Source of the DNA: Syntrophales bacterium
Lineage (GTDB): Bacteria > Desulfobacterota > Syntrophia > Syntrophales > UBA6807
Assembly (NCBI GenBank): GCA_040767195.1
Contig: JAXGPA010000002.1
Coordinates: 128,001-192,000 of the forward strand
Reading direction: 5' to 3'
DNA length: 64,000 nucleotides
Under the pieces are notes generated by a model, which saw only the letters and a list, made by a program, of their open reading frames with translations, searched no databases and was not told the DNA's origin. The position numbers were made by a program, and so were the translations under genes. Shown piece after piece: positions 36,617 to 45,849 of this stretch (its first letter is position 1; each line of letters starts with the position of its first letter).

Positions 36617-38770
36617 TTACGCCTCCGCCGCTTTTTCCTCTTCCTTGGTTTCGTCTTCCTTGGTTTCCTCTTCCTTGGGAGGCTCCTCCAGATCCATGGC
36701 CGTCCAGACGATTTCCGCGATGTCCAGGGACTCCATGGACTCTTCCTTGTTGTGCGCCTTGATCCCGTCGGAGATCATGGTCAGGCAGAAGGGACAGCCG
36801 ACGGCGACTTTTTCCGCACCGGCATCGATGGCCTGCTTGGCCCGCGCGTCGTTGATCCGGTCGCCGTGCTCTTCCATCCACATCCGCGCGCCGCCGGCGC
36901 CGCAGCAGAAGCTTTTCTCCATCTTCCGCTCCATCTCCACGAGACGGAGGCCGGGAACGGCCGACAGGGCCTTCCGGGGCTGGTCGTACACGTTGTTGTA
37001 CCGGCCGAGGAAACACGAATCGTGGTACGTGAAGGTTCCCGGGACGGTCTTCTTCATTCGGATCTTGCCCTGGGAGATCAACTGGGCCAGGATTTCCGTG
37101 TGGTGATAGACTTCGTAGTTACCGCCGAAGTGGGGGTAATCCTTCTTCAGGGCATTGTAACCGTGGGGGCAGGTACAGATGACTTTCTTCACCCCGTAGG
37201 TGTTCATCACCTCGATGTTCGCCTGGGCCATGGCCTGGTAGAGATACTCGTTTCCACCCCGCATGGCCGAGTCGCCGCAGCAGCTCTCCTCCGTCCCGAG
37301 GATGCCGAAGCTGACGCCCGCCGCCTGGAGGATTTTCGCGAAGGCCACGGAGACCTTCTTGCCCCGGTCGTCGAAGGACCCCGCACAGCCGACGTAGAAG
37401 AGGTATTCCACGTTCGGATCTTCCGCCAGGGTCTTGATGCCCAGTTCCTTCGCCCAGTCGCCCCGCAGGTGGGCGCCGATTCCCCAGGGGTTGGAGTTGT
37501 TTTCCATGTTCCGGAAGGTAAGCTGGAGTTCGGGGGCGAAGTCGGCTTCCATGAGGACCTTGTACTGCCGCATGCCGACGATCTTCGGCACGTGCTCGAT
37601 GGCCACCGGGCAGTTCTCCATGCAGTACATGCAGTTCGTGCAGGCCCACAGCTCGTCGAGGTCGATGACCTCTCCCACGAGGGCCTTTTCCGGCTCGGGA
37701 ATTTCCGGCTCCTGGCCGGACTTCTTCGCCGCCTGCTTGGCCGCGACGACGATGGGGGCCCGCTCAAGCCAGTGGGTCTTGATGTCCTGAACAATCTTCT
37801 TCGGAGACAAGGGTTTCCCTGTCAGGTAGGCAGGACAGCCGTCCTGGCAGCGCCCGCACCGGGTACAGGCGTCGGAGTCGAAAATCTGCTTCCAGGTGAA
37901 TTCTTCCAGTTTCGACACGCCGAAGGATTCGGCGTTCTCGAAATCCCGGATGGGCTCGAGGGTCCCCGTGGGCTTCAGGTTCGCCATGTACAGATTCGCC
38001 GGTGTCGTGATGATGTGAACAAGCCTGGAGAAAGGAATGTAAGCGATGAACCCGAGGGCGAGAAACGCGTGGCCCCACCAGAGAATTTTGTGCAGTGTCC
38101 GTGTTGTGTCATAGCCGATGCCTGTCATGGTCTTTGAGAGCAGGTAGCCGGCGAAGGACCACGTTTCCCAGGTAAACCCGTCCACGTTGTAATTCACGTG
38201 GATCCGAAGGGCTTCGACGATGAATCCGGTGACGATGATGCCGCCGATGAGAACGAGAACGATGGCGTCCTCGGGCCTGTTGTCAGGTGTCCCCTTGTAG
38301 CCGAGGCGGTCTGGCTTCTCGACGTACCGGCGGATGAGCGCCATGACGACGCCGACCAGCACGGCCAGCCCGAAGACCTCCATGGTCAGGGAGAACCAGA
38401 GGTAGAAGCTCCCGTGAAAGAAGGGAAGACCGAAGTGAAACTGGGTCGCGTCAATGGCGGCTCCCCAGATCAGGACGAAGAACCCGAAAAAGATCAGGCC
38501 GTGCATGATGCCGGGATAGGGATCTTTAGAGGTCTTGAGCTGAAGGAGACCGTTCAGGAGGAGGAGCTTGACCCGCTCCCCCACAGAGTCGTTCCTGTTT
38601 TCCGGCATGCCGATGGCTGTCCACATCTGCCAGCGTCTGTAAAGACCATAGGCGAATATGGCCAGGGCAACGGCTGTGAAGGCAAACAGGATCAGTTCAT
38701 AGGGGGCGTTCCAGAAGACTTCCCTTCCTTCATTGCCCACCGCGTATACGTGTTCAGCACCGTGCGCCAT
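36617..38770 (-). CDS. Membrane-bound FeS/CCG oxidoreductase (DUF224/FadF, ETF:quinone oxidoreductase EMO type)
   Basis: NarI-like TM domain with His ligands, CTRCGRC..CP, CTNCMYC..CP, CCG motifs (ESCCGD, SFCCGAGG). Confidence 0.9.
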   Translation of the reverse strand: MAHGAEHVYAVGNEGREVFWNAPYELILFAFTAVALAIFAYGLYRRWQMWTAIGMPENRNDSVGERVKLLLLNGLLQLKTSKDPYPGIMHGLIFFGFFVLIWGAAIDATQFHFGLPFFHGSFYLWFSLTMEVFGLAVLVGVVMALIRRYVEKPDRLGYKGTPDNRPEDAIVLVLIGGIIVTGFIVEALRIHVNYNVDGFTWETWSFAGYLLSKTMTGIGYDTTRTLHKILWWGHAFLALGFIAYIPFSRLVHIITTPANLYMANLKPTGTLEPIRDFENAESFGVSKLEEFTWKQIFDSDACTRCGRCQDGCPAYLTGKPLSPKKIVQDIKTHWLERAPIVVAAKQAAKKSGQEPEIPEPEKALVGEVIDLDELWACTNCMYCMENCPVAIEHVPKIVGMRQYKVLMEADFAPELQLTFRNMENNSNPWGIGAHLRGDWAKELGIKTLAEDPNVEYLFYVGCAGSFDDRGKKVSVAFAKILQAAGVSFGILGTEESCCGDSAMRGGNEYLYQAMAQANIEVMNTYGVKKVICTCPHGYNALKKDYPHFGGNYEVYHHTEILAQLISQGKIRMKKTVPGTFTYHDSCFLGRYNNVYDQPRKALSAVPGLRLVEMERKMEKSFCCGAGGARMWMEEHGDRINDARAKQAIDAGAEKVAVGCPFCLTMISDGIKAHNKEESMESLDIAEIVWTAMDLEEPPKEEETKEDETKEEEKAAEA
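36632..36676. repeat. Three copies of a 15-bp in-frame tandem repeat (KEEET-KEDET-KEEEK)
   Basis: tttttcctcttcctt/ggtttcgtcttcctt/ggtttcctcttcctt. Confidence 0.8.
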
Positions 38771-38868
38771 AATGCCTCCAATCAATATATAAAAATGGTG
38801 TTTCTTATATTTTCATGATGAAAATTCGGGGGCGGTCAGAGCCCCACCCCCGAATTCCTTTCTGTGTG

Positions 38869-39846
38869 TCAGCTGAGAATCTTCTTCGCCTCTTTGGTCA
38901 CCTCGGGGACGACCTTGAAGAGGTCATCCACGATGCCATAATCCGCCTTCTGGAAAATGGGGGCATCGGGATCCTTGTTGATGGCCACGATGTACTTGGA
39001 TGAGCTCATCCCGGCGAGATGCTGAATGGCCCCGGAAATACCGCAGGCGATGTAGAGGTTCGGGGAGACGACCTTTCCGGTCTGTCCCACCTGGTCCGAC
39101 TGGGGCCGCCATCCGGCGTCCACGGCCGCCCTGGAGGCGCCTACCGTGGCTCCGAGAACCCCGGCCAGTTCTTCCAGGATGTTGTAATTCTCCGGACCCT
39201 TCATTCCCCGGCCGCCGGACACGATGATCTCGGCTTCCGTGAGGTCCACCTTGCCGCTCGTGTCCTTCTGGACTTCCAGGACCTTCGCCTTGACGTCGCC
39301 GTCGGAGACACCGGCGTCGAATTTCTCGACCGCCGCGCTCTTCGGGTTTTCCGCCACGGGGAACACGTTCGGCCTCAGGGCCGCCATCTGGGGATCCGTG
39401 GCGATGACCACATCACCGAAGCACTTCCCGGCGTACATGGGGCGCTTGCCCACGAGCCGGCCGTTCTCGATGCTGAGTTCCACGCAGTCGGAAGCCATGC
39501 CCGTGGCCAGTTTCCCCACCAGGCGGGTGGACAGGTCCTTCCCGAGAACCGACCAGGACAGGAGAAGGATCGCCGGATCTTTTTCCTTGACGATCTTCGC
39601 CACCGCGTTGGCATACGAATCGGTCTGGTACTGGGCGAACACCGGGGCGTCGGCCACGTACACCTTGTCGACGCCGTACTTTCCCAGTTCCGCCGCCGCA
39701 CCTTCAATACCGGAACCCAGAAGAACCGCACAGACTTCATCGCCGAGCTCGTCGGCAAGTTTTCTCGCCGCGCTGGCGCACTCGAAGCTGACCTTCCGAA
39801 GGGCTCCGTCTCTCTGTTCCGCTACAAACCATACACCTTTTGCCAT
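38869..39846 (-). CDS. etfA: Electron transfer flavoprotein alpha subunit
   Basis: IVSGGRG, GASRAAVD, QVGQTGK, GISGAIQH, INKD. Confidence 0.96.
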   Translation of the reverse strand: MAKGVWFVAEQRDGALRKVSFECASAARKLADELGDEVCAVLLGSGIEGAAAELGKYGVDKVYVADAPVFAQYQTDSYANAVAKIVKEKDPAILLLSWSVLGKDLSTRLVGKLATGMASDCVELSIENGRLVGKRPMYAGKCFGDVVIATDPQMAALRPNVFPVAENPKSAAVEKFDAGVSDGDVKAKVLEVQKDTSGKVDLTEAEIIVSGGRGMKGPENYNILEELAGVLGATVGASRAAVDAGWRPQSDQVGQTGKVVSPNLYIACGISGAIQHLAGMSSSKYIVAINKDPDAPIFQKADYGIVDDLFKVVPEVTKEAKKILS

Positions 39847-39865
39847 GATTATCCTCCTCCCTTCG

Positions 39866-40630
39866 TTAGATTACCTTCGCTTCTTCGCGAAGGAGCTTGA
39901 CGAGCTCCGCAGCTTTCGCCGCGGGGTCATCCCCCTGGAGAATCTTTCCGGGGGGTCTCGCGGGAGGCGGCATCATCTTGGCGACTTTCGCCTTGAAATC
40001 GGCGCTGACACCGAGATCGGCCGCTTTCTTCACGTCTACGGGTTTCTTCTTCGCTTTCATGATCCCCGGAAGAGACGCGTACCGGGGCTCGTTCAGGCCC
40101 TTCTGAGCGGTGACGACGCAGGGCATGGGGGCTTCGATGACAAGCTGGGCGCCCTCGATGGGCTTCACCACCTTGATCTTTCCGTCCGCCACTTCCAGTT
40201 TCGTGACGATGGTCACCTGGGGAAGCCCGAGGAGTTCCGCCAGGATGGAGCCCACCTGGCCGGAGTCGTCGTCGATGGCCCTCTGGCCGCAGAAGATGAT
40301 GTCAAAGGGAACATCCTTGACCGCCGCCGCCAGGGCCGCCGCCGTGGCATAGGCATCAGCGTTGTCGAGATCGGTTACATGGATTCCCTTTTCGGCGCCC
40401 ATGGCGAGCCCCGTTCGAATGGTCTCCATGACCCGGGCGGGACCGACGGAAACCACCGTCACGTCGCCGCCGGCCTTTTCCTTGAGCCGAAGGGCCTCTT
40501 CCACGCCGAACTCGTCGTAGGGATTCATGACCCACTTGATTCCGCCTTCCTCGATCCCCGATCCGTCCCCTTTTACCTTGATCTGGGCTTCCGTGTCAGG
40601 TACCTGCTTCACACATGCGATTAAATTCAC
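39866..40630 (-). CDS. etfB: Electron transfer flavoprotein beta subunit
   Basis: CVKQVPD, NPYDEF, AIDDDSGQVG, NEPRY; GTG start after AAGGAGG. Confidence 0.95.
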   Translation of the reverse strand: MNLIACVKQVPDTEAQIKVKGDGSGIEEGGIKWVMNPYDEFGVEEALRLKEKAGGDVTVVSVGPARVMETIRTGLAMGAEKGIHVTDLDNADAYATAAALAAAVKDVPFDIIFCGQRAIDDDSGQVGSILAELLGLPQVTIVTKLEVADGKIKVVKPIEGAQLVIEAPMPCVVTAQKGLNEPRYASLPGIMKAKKKPVDVKKAADLGVSADFKAKVAKMMPPPARPPGKILQGDDPAAKAAELVKLLREEAKVI

Positions 40631-40655
40631 AGCAACCTCCTTTCCCAGGGGAATC

Positions 40656-40683
40656 CCGGCGCGGCCTTCGAGGGCCGCGCCGG
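40656..40683. other. GC stem-loop without a U tract between acs and etfB
   Basis: CCGGCGCGGCC...GGCCGCGCCGG. Confidence 0.6.
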
Positions 40684-40732
40684 TCATTCCGCCACTTTGA
40701 TTTTTAATTTTCTTTCCTGATGAAAAACTTCT

Positions 40733-42700
40733 TTACACGCGGTTCTTCACGATGTCGTCGACCACCGAGGGATCGGCCAGGGTCGACGTGTCGCCGAGAT
40801 CGCCGATCTCGTTGGCCGCCACTTTCTTGAGAATCCGCCGCATGATCTTGCCGCTTCTCGTCTTGGGAAGGGCGTCGGCCCACTGGATCTTCTCGGGCGT
40901 CGCGATGGGGCCGATTTCCTTGCGCACGTGGGTGACCAGTTCCTTTTTGAGGTCGTCGGACTTCTCCACGCCCGACTTCAGGGTCACGTAGGCGTAAATG
41001 GACTGGCCCTTCAGCTCGTGGGGATAGCCGACGACGGCCGCCTCGGCCACTTTCGCATGGGCCACCAGGGCGCTTTCCACTTCCGCCGTTCCCATGCGGT
41101 GACCGGAAACGTTGATGACGTCGTCGATCCGGCCCGTGATCTGGTAATAGCCGTCCTTGTCCCTTCTCGCGCCGTCACCGGCCACATAGTAACCGGGGAA
41201 CTGCTCGAAGTAGGTCTCCTGGAACCGCTTGGGGTCGCCGTAGACACCCCTCATGATGCCGGGCCAGGGTTTCTTCATGACGAGGGCGCCGGAAGCCACC
41301 GTCTCGGGGATCTCCTTCCCTTCGTCGTTGAGCAGGGCCGGCCACACGCCCATGAAGGGCACCGTCGCCATGCCGGGCTTCACGGGAACCGCGCCGGGCA
41401 GGGGGGTGATGAGGATGCCGCCGGTCTCGGTCTGCCACCACGTGTCCACGATGGGGCACTCGCTCCGGCCGATCCGCGTGTAGTACCAGTTCCAGGCCTC
41501 GGGGTTGATGGGCTCGCCCACGGTGCCGAGAACCTTGAGGGAGGAGATGTCCGCCTTCTTCACCCAGTCGTCCCCTTCCTTCATGATGGCCCGGATGGCC
41601 GTCGGGGCGGTGTAGAAGATGTCGACCTTGTATTTTTCGACGATTTTCCAGAAGCGGCTGATGTCGGGGTAGTTGGGAACGCCTTCGAACATGACCGACG
41701 TGGCGCCGTTGCAGAGAGGACCGTAGACGATGTAGGAGTGGCCGGTGACCCAGCCGATGTCGGCGGTGCACCAGTAGACATCGCCCTCATGGTAATCGAA
41801 GATCATCTTGTGGGTATAGGCGCAGTAGGTGATATACCCGCCGGTGGTGTGCATGACGCCCTTGGGCTTTCCGGTGGAACCGGAGGTGTAGAGCGTGAAC
41901 AGGGGGTCTTCCGAATCCATGTGCTCGGGCTCGCAGGTGTCGGCGGCCTTCGCCATGAGATCGTCCCACCAGAGGTCCCGGCCTTCCTTCCAGGCGCATT
42001 TGACCTTGTCGCCCACGCGCTTCACGACGATCTGCTTTTCCACGGAGGGACACGCGGCCAGCGCGGCGTCGGCGTTGTCCTTCTGGGGAATGGCCTTGGC
42101 ACCCCGGAAGGTGCCGTCGCAGGTCACGAGGACCTTGGAGGTGCTGTCCTGGATCCGGTCCCGGAGGGCGTCGGAGCTGAACCCGCCGAAGACGATGCTG
42201 TGGATGGCGCCGATCCGCGTGCAGGCCAGCATGGAGATGGCGAGCTCGGGAATCATGGGCAGGTACAGGCAGACCCGGTCGCCCTTCTTCACGCCAATGG
42301 ATTTAAGGGCATTGGCAAACTTGCACACCGCCGTGTAAAGTTCCTTGTAAGTGTATGCCTTCTGCTCCGTGGGCTCGTTCCCTTCCCACTGGATGGCCAC
42401 CTGGTCGCCCCGCTTGTCGAGATGGCGGTCCAGGCAGTTGTAAGACACGTTCAGCTTGGCGCCCGTAAAATACTTGACGTAGATGGGGCCCTTTCTCAAA
42501 TCGAAGTTGTAATCCTCAACCTTGTCCCACTTCTTGAACCAGGTCACATACTCGTCGGCGATTTCCGACCAGAATTTCTCCGGCTCTTCCACGGACCGTT
42601 TCCAGAGCGCCTTGTACTGCTCCATACTGTTGATATAGGCTCTCTTCTTCATGAAATCCGGTACGGGATAAACCTCTTTCAGCTGAATTTGCTCTGCCAT
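40733..42700 (-). CDS. acs: AMP-forming acetyl-CoA synthetase
   Basis: [50 protein letters not shown]. Confidence 0.96.
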   Translation of the reverse strand: MAEQIQLKEVYPVPDFMKKRAYINSMEQYKALWKRSVEEPEKFWSEIADEYVTWFKKWDKVEDYNFDLRKGPIYVKYFTGAKLNVSYNCLDRHLDKRGDQVAIQWEGNEPTEQKAYTYKELYTAVCKFANALKSIGVKKGDRVCLYLPMIPELAISMLACTRIGAIHSIVFGGFSSDALRDRIQDSTSKVLVTCDGTFRGAKAIPQKDNADAALAACPSVEKQIVVKRVGDKVKCAWKEGRDLWWDDLMAKAADTCEPEHMDSEDPLFTLYTSGSTGKPKGVMHTTGGYITYCAYTHKMIFDYHEGDVYWCTADIGWVTGHSYIVYGPLCNGATSVMFEGVPNYPDISRFWKIVEKYKVDIFYTAPTAIRAIMKEGDDWVKKADISSLKVLGTVGEPINPEAWNWYYTRIGRSECPIVDTWWQTETGGILITPLPGAVPVKPGMATVPFMGVWPALLNDEGKEIPETVASGALVMKKPWPGIMRGVYGDPKRFQETYFEQFPGYYVAGDGARRDKDGYYQITGRIDDVINVSGHRMGTAEVESALVAHAKVAEAAVVGYPHELKGQSIYAYVTLKSGVEKSDDLKKELVTHVRKEIGPIATPEKIQWADALPKTRSGKIMRRILKKVAANEIGDLGDTSTLADPSVVDDIVKNRV

Positions 42701-42937
42701 TGTTTTCTAACACCTCCGTTTTTGCTTTATCCATACTTCTGGCAGGAAGCCGGCGGGATCGCCCCTTCCTTATAATATACAAAAAGAGAAGCCTTCCGGG
42801 ATCCCTCCTGAACGGCCGCTTTCACACCGTCGGCGGGAACCCGCGGCACATCGCGACATCACGGCAACACCGCAACGCTTTGAAACAGGACGTGACTGAA
42901 AGATCCAGGATGAAAGGATGTTTTTAAAATTCGAGGG

Positions 42938-42966
42938 AGTATAAATTGTGATCCCCGTGATGTCAA
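42938..42966 (-). promoter_or_regulatory. Sigma70-type promoter for acs
   Basis: TTGACA-N17-TATACT. Confidence 0.75.
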
Positions 42967-42999
42967 GGGAAAATTTGCCTCGTAACGGTCAAAAAAATC

Positions 43000-43028
43000 T
43001 TGACAATCCCATTCGCCGGTGTTAGCGT
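43000..43028 (+). promoter_or_regulatory. Sigma70-type promoter (extended -10) for the porin gene
   Basis: TTGACA-N17-TAGCGT with TG at 43020-43021. Confidence 0.65.
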
Positions 43029-43073
43029 TTTCGCACATGCCACAGGGGGAGGTATATCCCCGAACTGTCCAAG

Positions 43074-43091
43074 AAGGGGGGTGATCCAGCC
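43074..43091 (+). promoter_or_regulatory. Stand-alone extended Shine-Dalgarno-like element complementary to the 16S rRNA 3' end
   Basis: AAGGGGGGTGATCCAGCC versus the canonical complement AAAGGAGGTGATCCAGCC. Confidence 0.6.
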
Positions 43092-43214
43092 AGGAGAGAG
43101 GATTCCCGCGATATCAGCGGGGAAAAACCTGACATTTCGAATTTGCGAGGAGCAAGCCCAATCCGAAGGATTGGCAAAAAAGGTTTAAGCTGAAAACTGA
43201 GGAGGAAGAATATC

Positions 43215-44528
43215 ATGAAAAAACTGCTTGCAGTATTGCTCGCCCTTGGGCTCATCGTGGCCTTCGCCTCGTCGGCCTCGGCGGCGGACGTCAAGCTGAG
43301 CGGCTACTATTTCATCGTGGGTGAGTATGTCAACAGCAACTCCCTGGGGCAGAACGCGGAAGGCGATGCGGGCCCCCACGATGCCCTTTACTGGCAGAAA
43401 CTGCGGTTCAACCCGGTCATGCAGATCGCCGACGGCCTGAAGGTCACCTTCCGGATCGACGCCCACACCGGTTACTGGGGTGACACGGTTGACGGCAGCG
43501 GCCGGGTCGGCAAGCTTCCCGGTTACGGCCAGGACAACCGGAACATCCGCTGGCGGAGAACTTACATCGACGCGAATCTCGGATACGGTCTGTCCATCCG
43601 TGCCGGCGTCACCCAGGGCGGGACTTTCGGAACGATCTGGTGCGACCGCGCCTATGACGAAGGCCGTATTTACCTCTTCGCCAAGGCGGGCCCCGGCTCC
43701 ATCGTCGCCCTGACGGCGAAGGCCGCTGAAAGAGACGCCTACACGACGAACGTGGACGCCGACTACGACAAGTACGCCCTGGGCTACCTGGGCAAGGTCG
43801 AAAACATCGAGTTCGGCGCCCTGTGGTACTGGCTCCGCCACGAGGCGGTCCGGGACACCTCCACCGCCGATTACCATGTCCCCATGGCCTACATGAAGGG
43901 CACCTTCGGGCCCCTTTACGTGGAGGCGGAGTGGAACTACATGTTCGGCAAGGACGTGGAATACTTCGATCCCTACACGGGAACGGACATCGACCGGGGC
44001 GGCATGAGCGCCTACGTCAAAGCGCAGTTCAACATGGGCCCCGCCTATGTGGGCGGTCAGTTCGGCTGGCTCCAGGGTAACGACCCCGACACGACGGACA
44101 AGAACGAAGCCGGGTATCCCGGGAACGTCGATTACGATCCCTGCCTCATCCTCTGGAACTCCGACTACGCGGACAGCATCAGCGGTTATGTGGCTGACGG
44201 TCAAGGTATGGGCACGTACGGCAAAACGGACGGCAACATCTCCAACGCCTGGATCGCCCAGGTCTTCGGCGGGTTCAGCCCCATGGAGAAACTGGAACTC
44301 TTCGCCAGCGCCACCTGGGCCAAGGCTGACGAGAAGCCCCTGAACTACGTGGACGACGACTACGGATACGAGTTCGACGTCACGGCCACCTACAAGATCT
44401 ATGACAACCTCGAGTACATGGTGGGCTTCGGCTACTTCGTCGCCGGAGACTATTACAAGGGAACGAACGCCAGCGCCGACGTGGAGAACAACTACCTCGT
44501 CATCAACAAGCTGACCCTGAACTTCTAA
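43215..44528 (+). CDS. Outer-membrane beta-barrel/porin-like protein, probably abundant
   Basis: Signal peptide (ASA-ADVK), aromatic/Asp-rich beta strands, GYEFDVTATYKIYDNL, C-terminal Phe, GAGGAGG RBS. Confidence 0.8.
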   Translation: MKKLLAVLLALGLIVAFASSASAADVKLSGYYFIVGEYVNSNSLGQNAEGDAGPHDALYWQKLRFNPVMQIADGLKVTFRIDAHTGYWGDTVDGSGRVGKLPGYGQDNRNIRWRRTYIDANLGYGLSIRAGVTQGGTFGTIWCDRAYDEGRIYLFAKAGPGSIVALTAKAAERDAYTTNVDADYDKYALGYLGKVENIEFGALWYWLRHEAVRDTSTADYHVPMAYMKGTFGPLYVEAEWNYMFGKDVEYFDPYTGTDIDRGGMSAYVKAQFNMGPAYVGGQFGWLQGNDPDTTDKNEAGYPGNVDYDPCLILWNSDYADSISGYVADGQGMGTYGKTDGNISNAWIAQVFGGFSPMEKLELFASATWAKADEKPLNYVDDDYGYEFDVTATYKIYDNLEYMVGFGYFVAGDYYKGTNASADVENNYLVINKLTLNF

Positions 44529-44545
44529 TCGGGCGCAAGCAAGGG

Positions 44546-44580
44546 AAAAACCCCGGGAAGATCTTCCCGGGGTTTTTTTT
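44546..44580 (+). terminator. Intrinsic terminator (32-bp perfect palindrome)
   Basis: AAAAACCCCGGGAAGA|TCTTCCCGGGGTTTTT then TTT. Confidence 0.85.
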
Positions 44581-44793
44581 GACTTTTTTCTCCGTCCTCT
44601 TCTTTCCCTCTTCCCTTTCTCCAAAGGCAGGCGGGTGATGCCCCCGAACCTGAGCGGTGTCACGTCAAGACAAACCGGTGACGCGGGGGAACCCCATTCG
44701 ATTAAAAGAAATTTCAATAAAGGAAGGACCCCGTCCGGAGAAATTCGGAGGGGGTCCTTCCTTAAAATTTTTGACTCATCTGTAATGAAAAAG

Positions 44794-44832
44794 AAAGCCG
44801 CCTGAAAAACGGATCTTTTTTCAGGCGGCTTT
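44794..44832. terminator. Terminator-like hairpin
   Basis: AAAGCCGCCTGAAAAA...TTTTTCAGGCGGCTTT. Confidence 0.7.
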
Positions 44833-44890
44833 AAAACAAGAGCTTTCGTCCGTCACCTTTCCGCTCAACCTGAGCGGGTTCTCAGCAGCC

Positions 44891-45385
44891 TCACCCGCCG
44901 CTGCTGCCGCCGGGGCCGCCTCCCGTGCCGCCGCCGGCCCCTGAAGGCGGGTATATCTCGACCTCGTTGTCTCCTTTCACCCTGACAACGGTGGCGCCCA
45001 CGTCGGAATACCAGTAGCCGATGAGGGCGCCGTCAGGCCCGACAATTTCCATGCCGTAGGGAAAATTGCTCATCTCGGTCACGTTGCTCCGGACGCCCCG
45101 GACGTATCGCTCCAGACCCTCCCCTTCCAGGTTCACTTCCCGCCACAGGTCGGACTGAACCGCGTATCCCTTCTTCACCCCGATGATCCCCCGGGGCATT
45201 TCCTCCGGTCCCGAAATGTAGTACCGGTAACCGTCGAGAACCTGGAAGGCCTCGAACATCTTCGTCACCTCCCGGTTCGGTGACAGGTTCCCGTAACTGC
45301 TCAGGAACGCCCCGAGCGGACCGGCGGCCAGGCAACAAAGGGTAAAAGCCAGAAACGCCGTAATCTTGATCGATGGGCTGCCCAT
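44891..45385 (-). CDS. Exported hypothetical protein with a Gly-rich tail
   Basis: AGGAGG RBS, signal-like N-terminus, YRYYISGP..P.GIIG, IGYWYS. Confidence 0.75.
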   Translation of the reverse strand: MGSPSIKITAFLAFTLCCLAAGPLGAFLSSYGNLSPNREVTKMFEAFQVLDGYRYYISGPEEMPRGIIGVKKGYAVQSDLWREVNLEGEGLERYVRGVRSNVTEMSNFPYGMEIVGPDGALIGYWYSDVGATVVRVKGDNEVEIYPPSGAGGGTGGGPGGSSGG

Positions 45386-45624
45386 GTTTCCTCCTGTTCA
45401 CGGAAAAGCCGATTTTCACGGGGAGCGCGGGCCCGGGCCTGCTCGCATCCCGAGTCCGCCCCGCCACGCCGCTTCAGGAACAAAGACAAAGTCTTCATTC
45501 GTTTTTGTTATCTATTCATTTTCCTTCTTCCTGTCAAGACGGTCCGGTCCGCCGCCATTTTCTTGACGGTGGAGCGACTTCATGTTAGTAAGAAGAAAAG
45601 ATACGATTTTCAGGGAGGTTGTCC

Positions 45625-45828
45625 ATGCCCCTTTATGACTACGAGTGTGAGGCCTGCGGCCAGGTCTTCGAGGTGTTCCACAAGATCGACGCTCCCCCGG
45701 CGGACCTTGCCTGCCCCCAGTGTGACGGGAAAAAAGTCAAAAAAATAGTCGCCCCCTTCCGCACCCAGTTCTGGTCCAATTTTCTCGACTCCATGGAAAA
45801 AAAGATCAGCCCTCACAAGTTCAAGTAA
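45625..45828 (+). CDS. FmdB-family zinc-ribbon protein
   Basis: MPLYDYECEACG..FE...CPQC; GGAGG RBS. Confidence 0.88.
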   Translation: MPLYDYECEACGQVFEVFHKIDAPPADLACPQCDGKKVKKIVAPFRTQFWSNFLDSMEKKISPHKFK

Positions 45829-45849
45829 CCCCGAGGAGGACCGGCTAAC

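Noticed and set aside
36632..36676. 15-bp tandem repeat as a phase-variation locus
   Set aside because: In frame, three imperfect copies in a disordered acidic tail.
43074..43091. Reading the anti-16S match as an rRNA gene fragment
   Set aside because: Only 18 nt with non-rRNA flanks, and the mismatches are GU-compatible; kept as a cis element instead.
43000..43188. 62-aa ORF as a porin leader peptide
   Set aside because: Its start is the -35 box itself, upstream of the predicted TSS, and it has no RBS.
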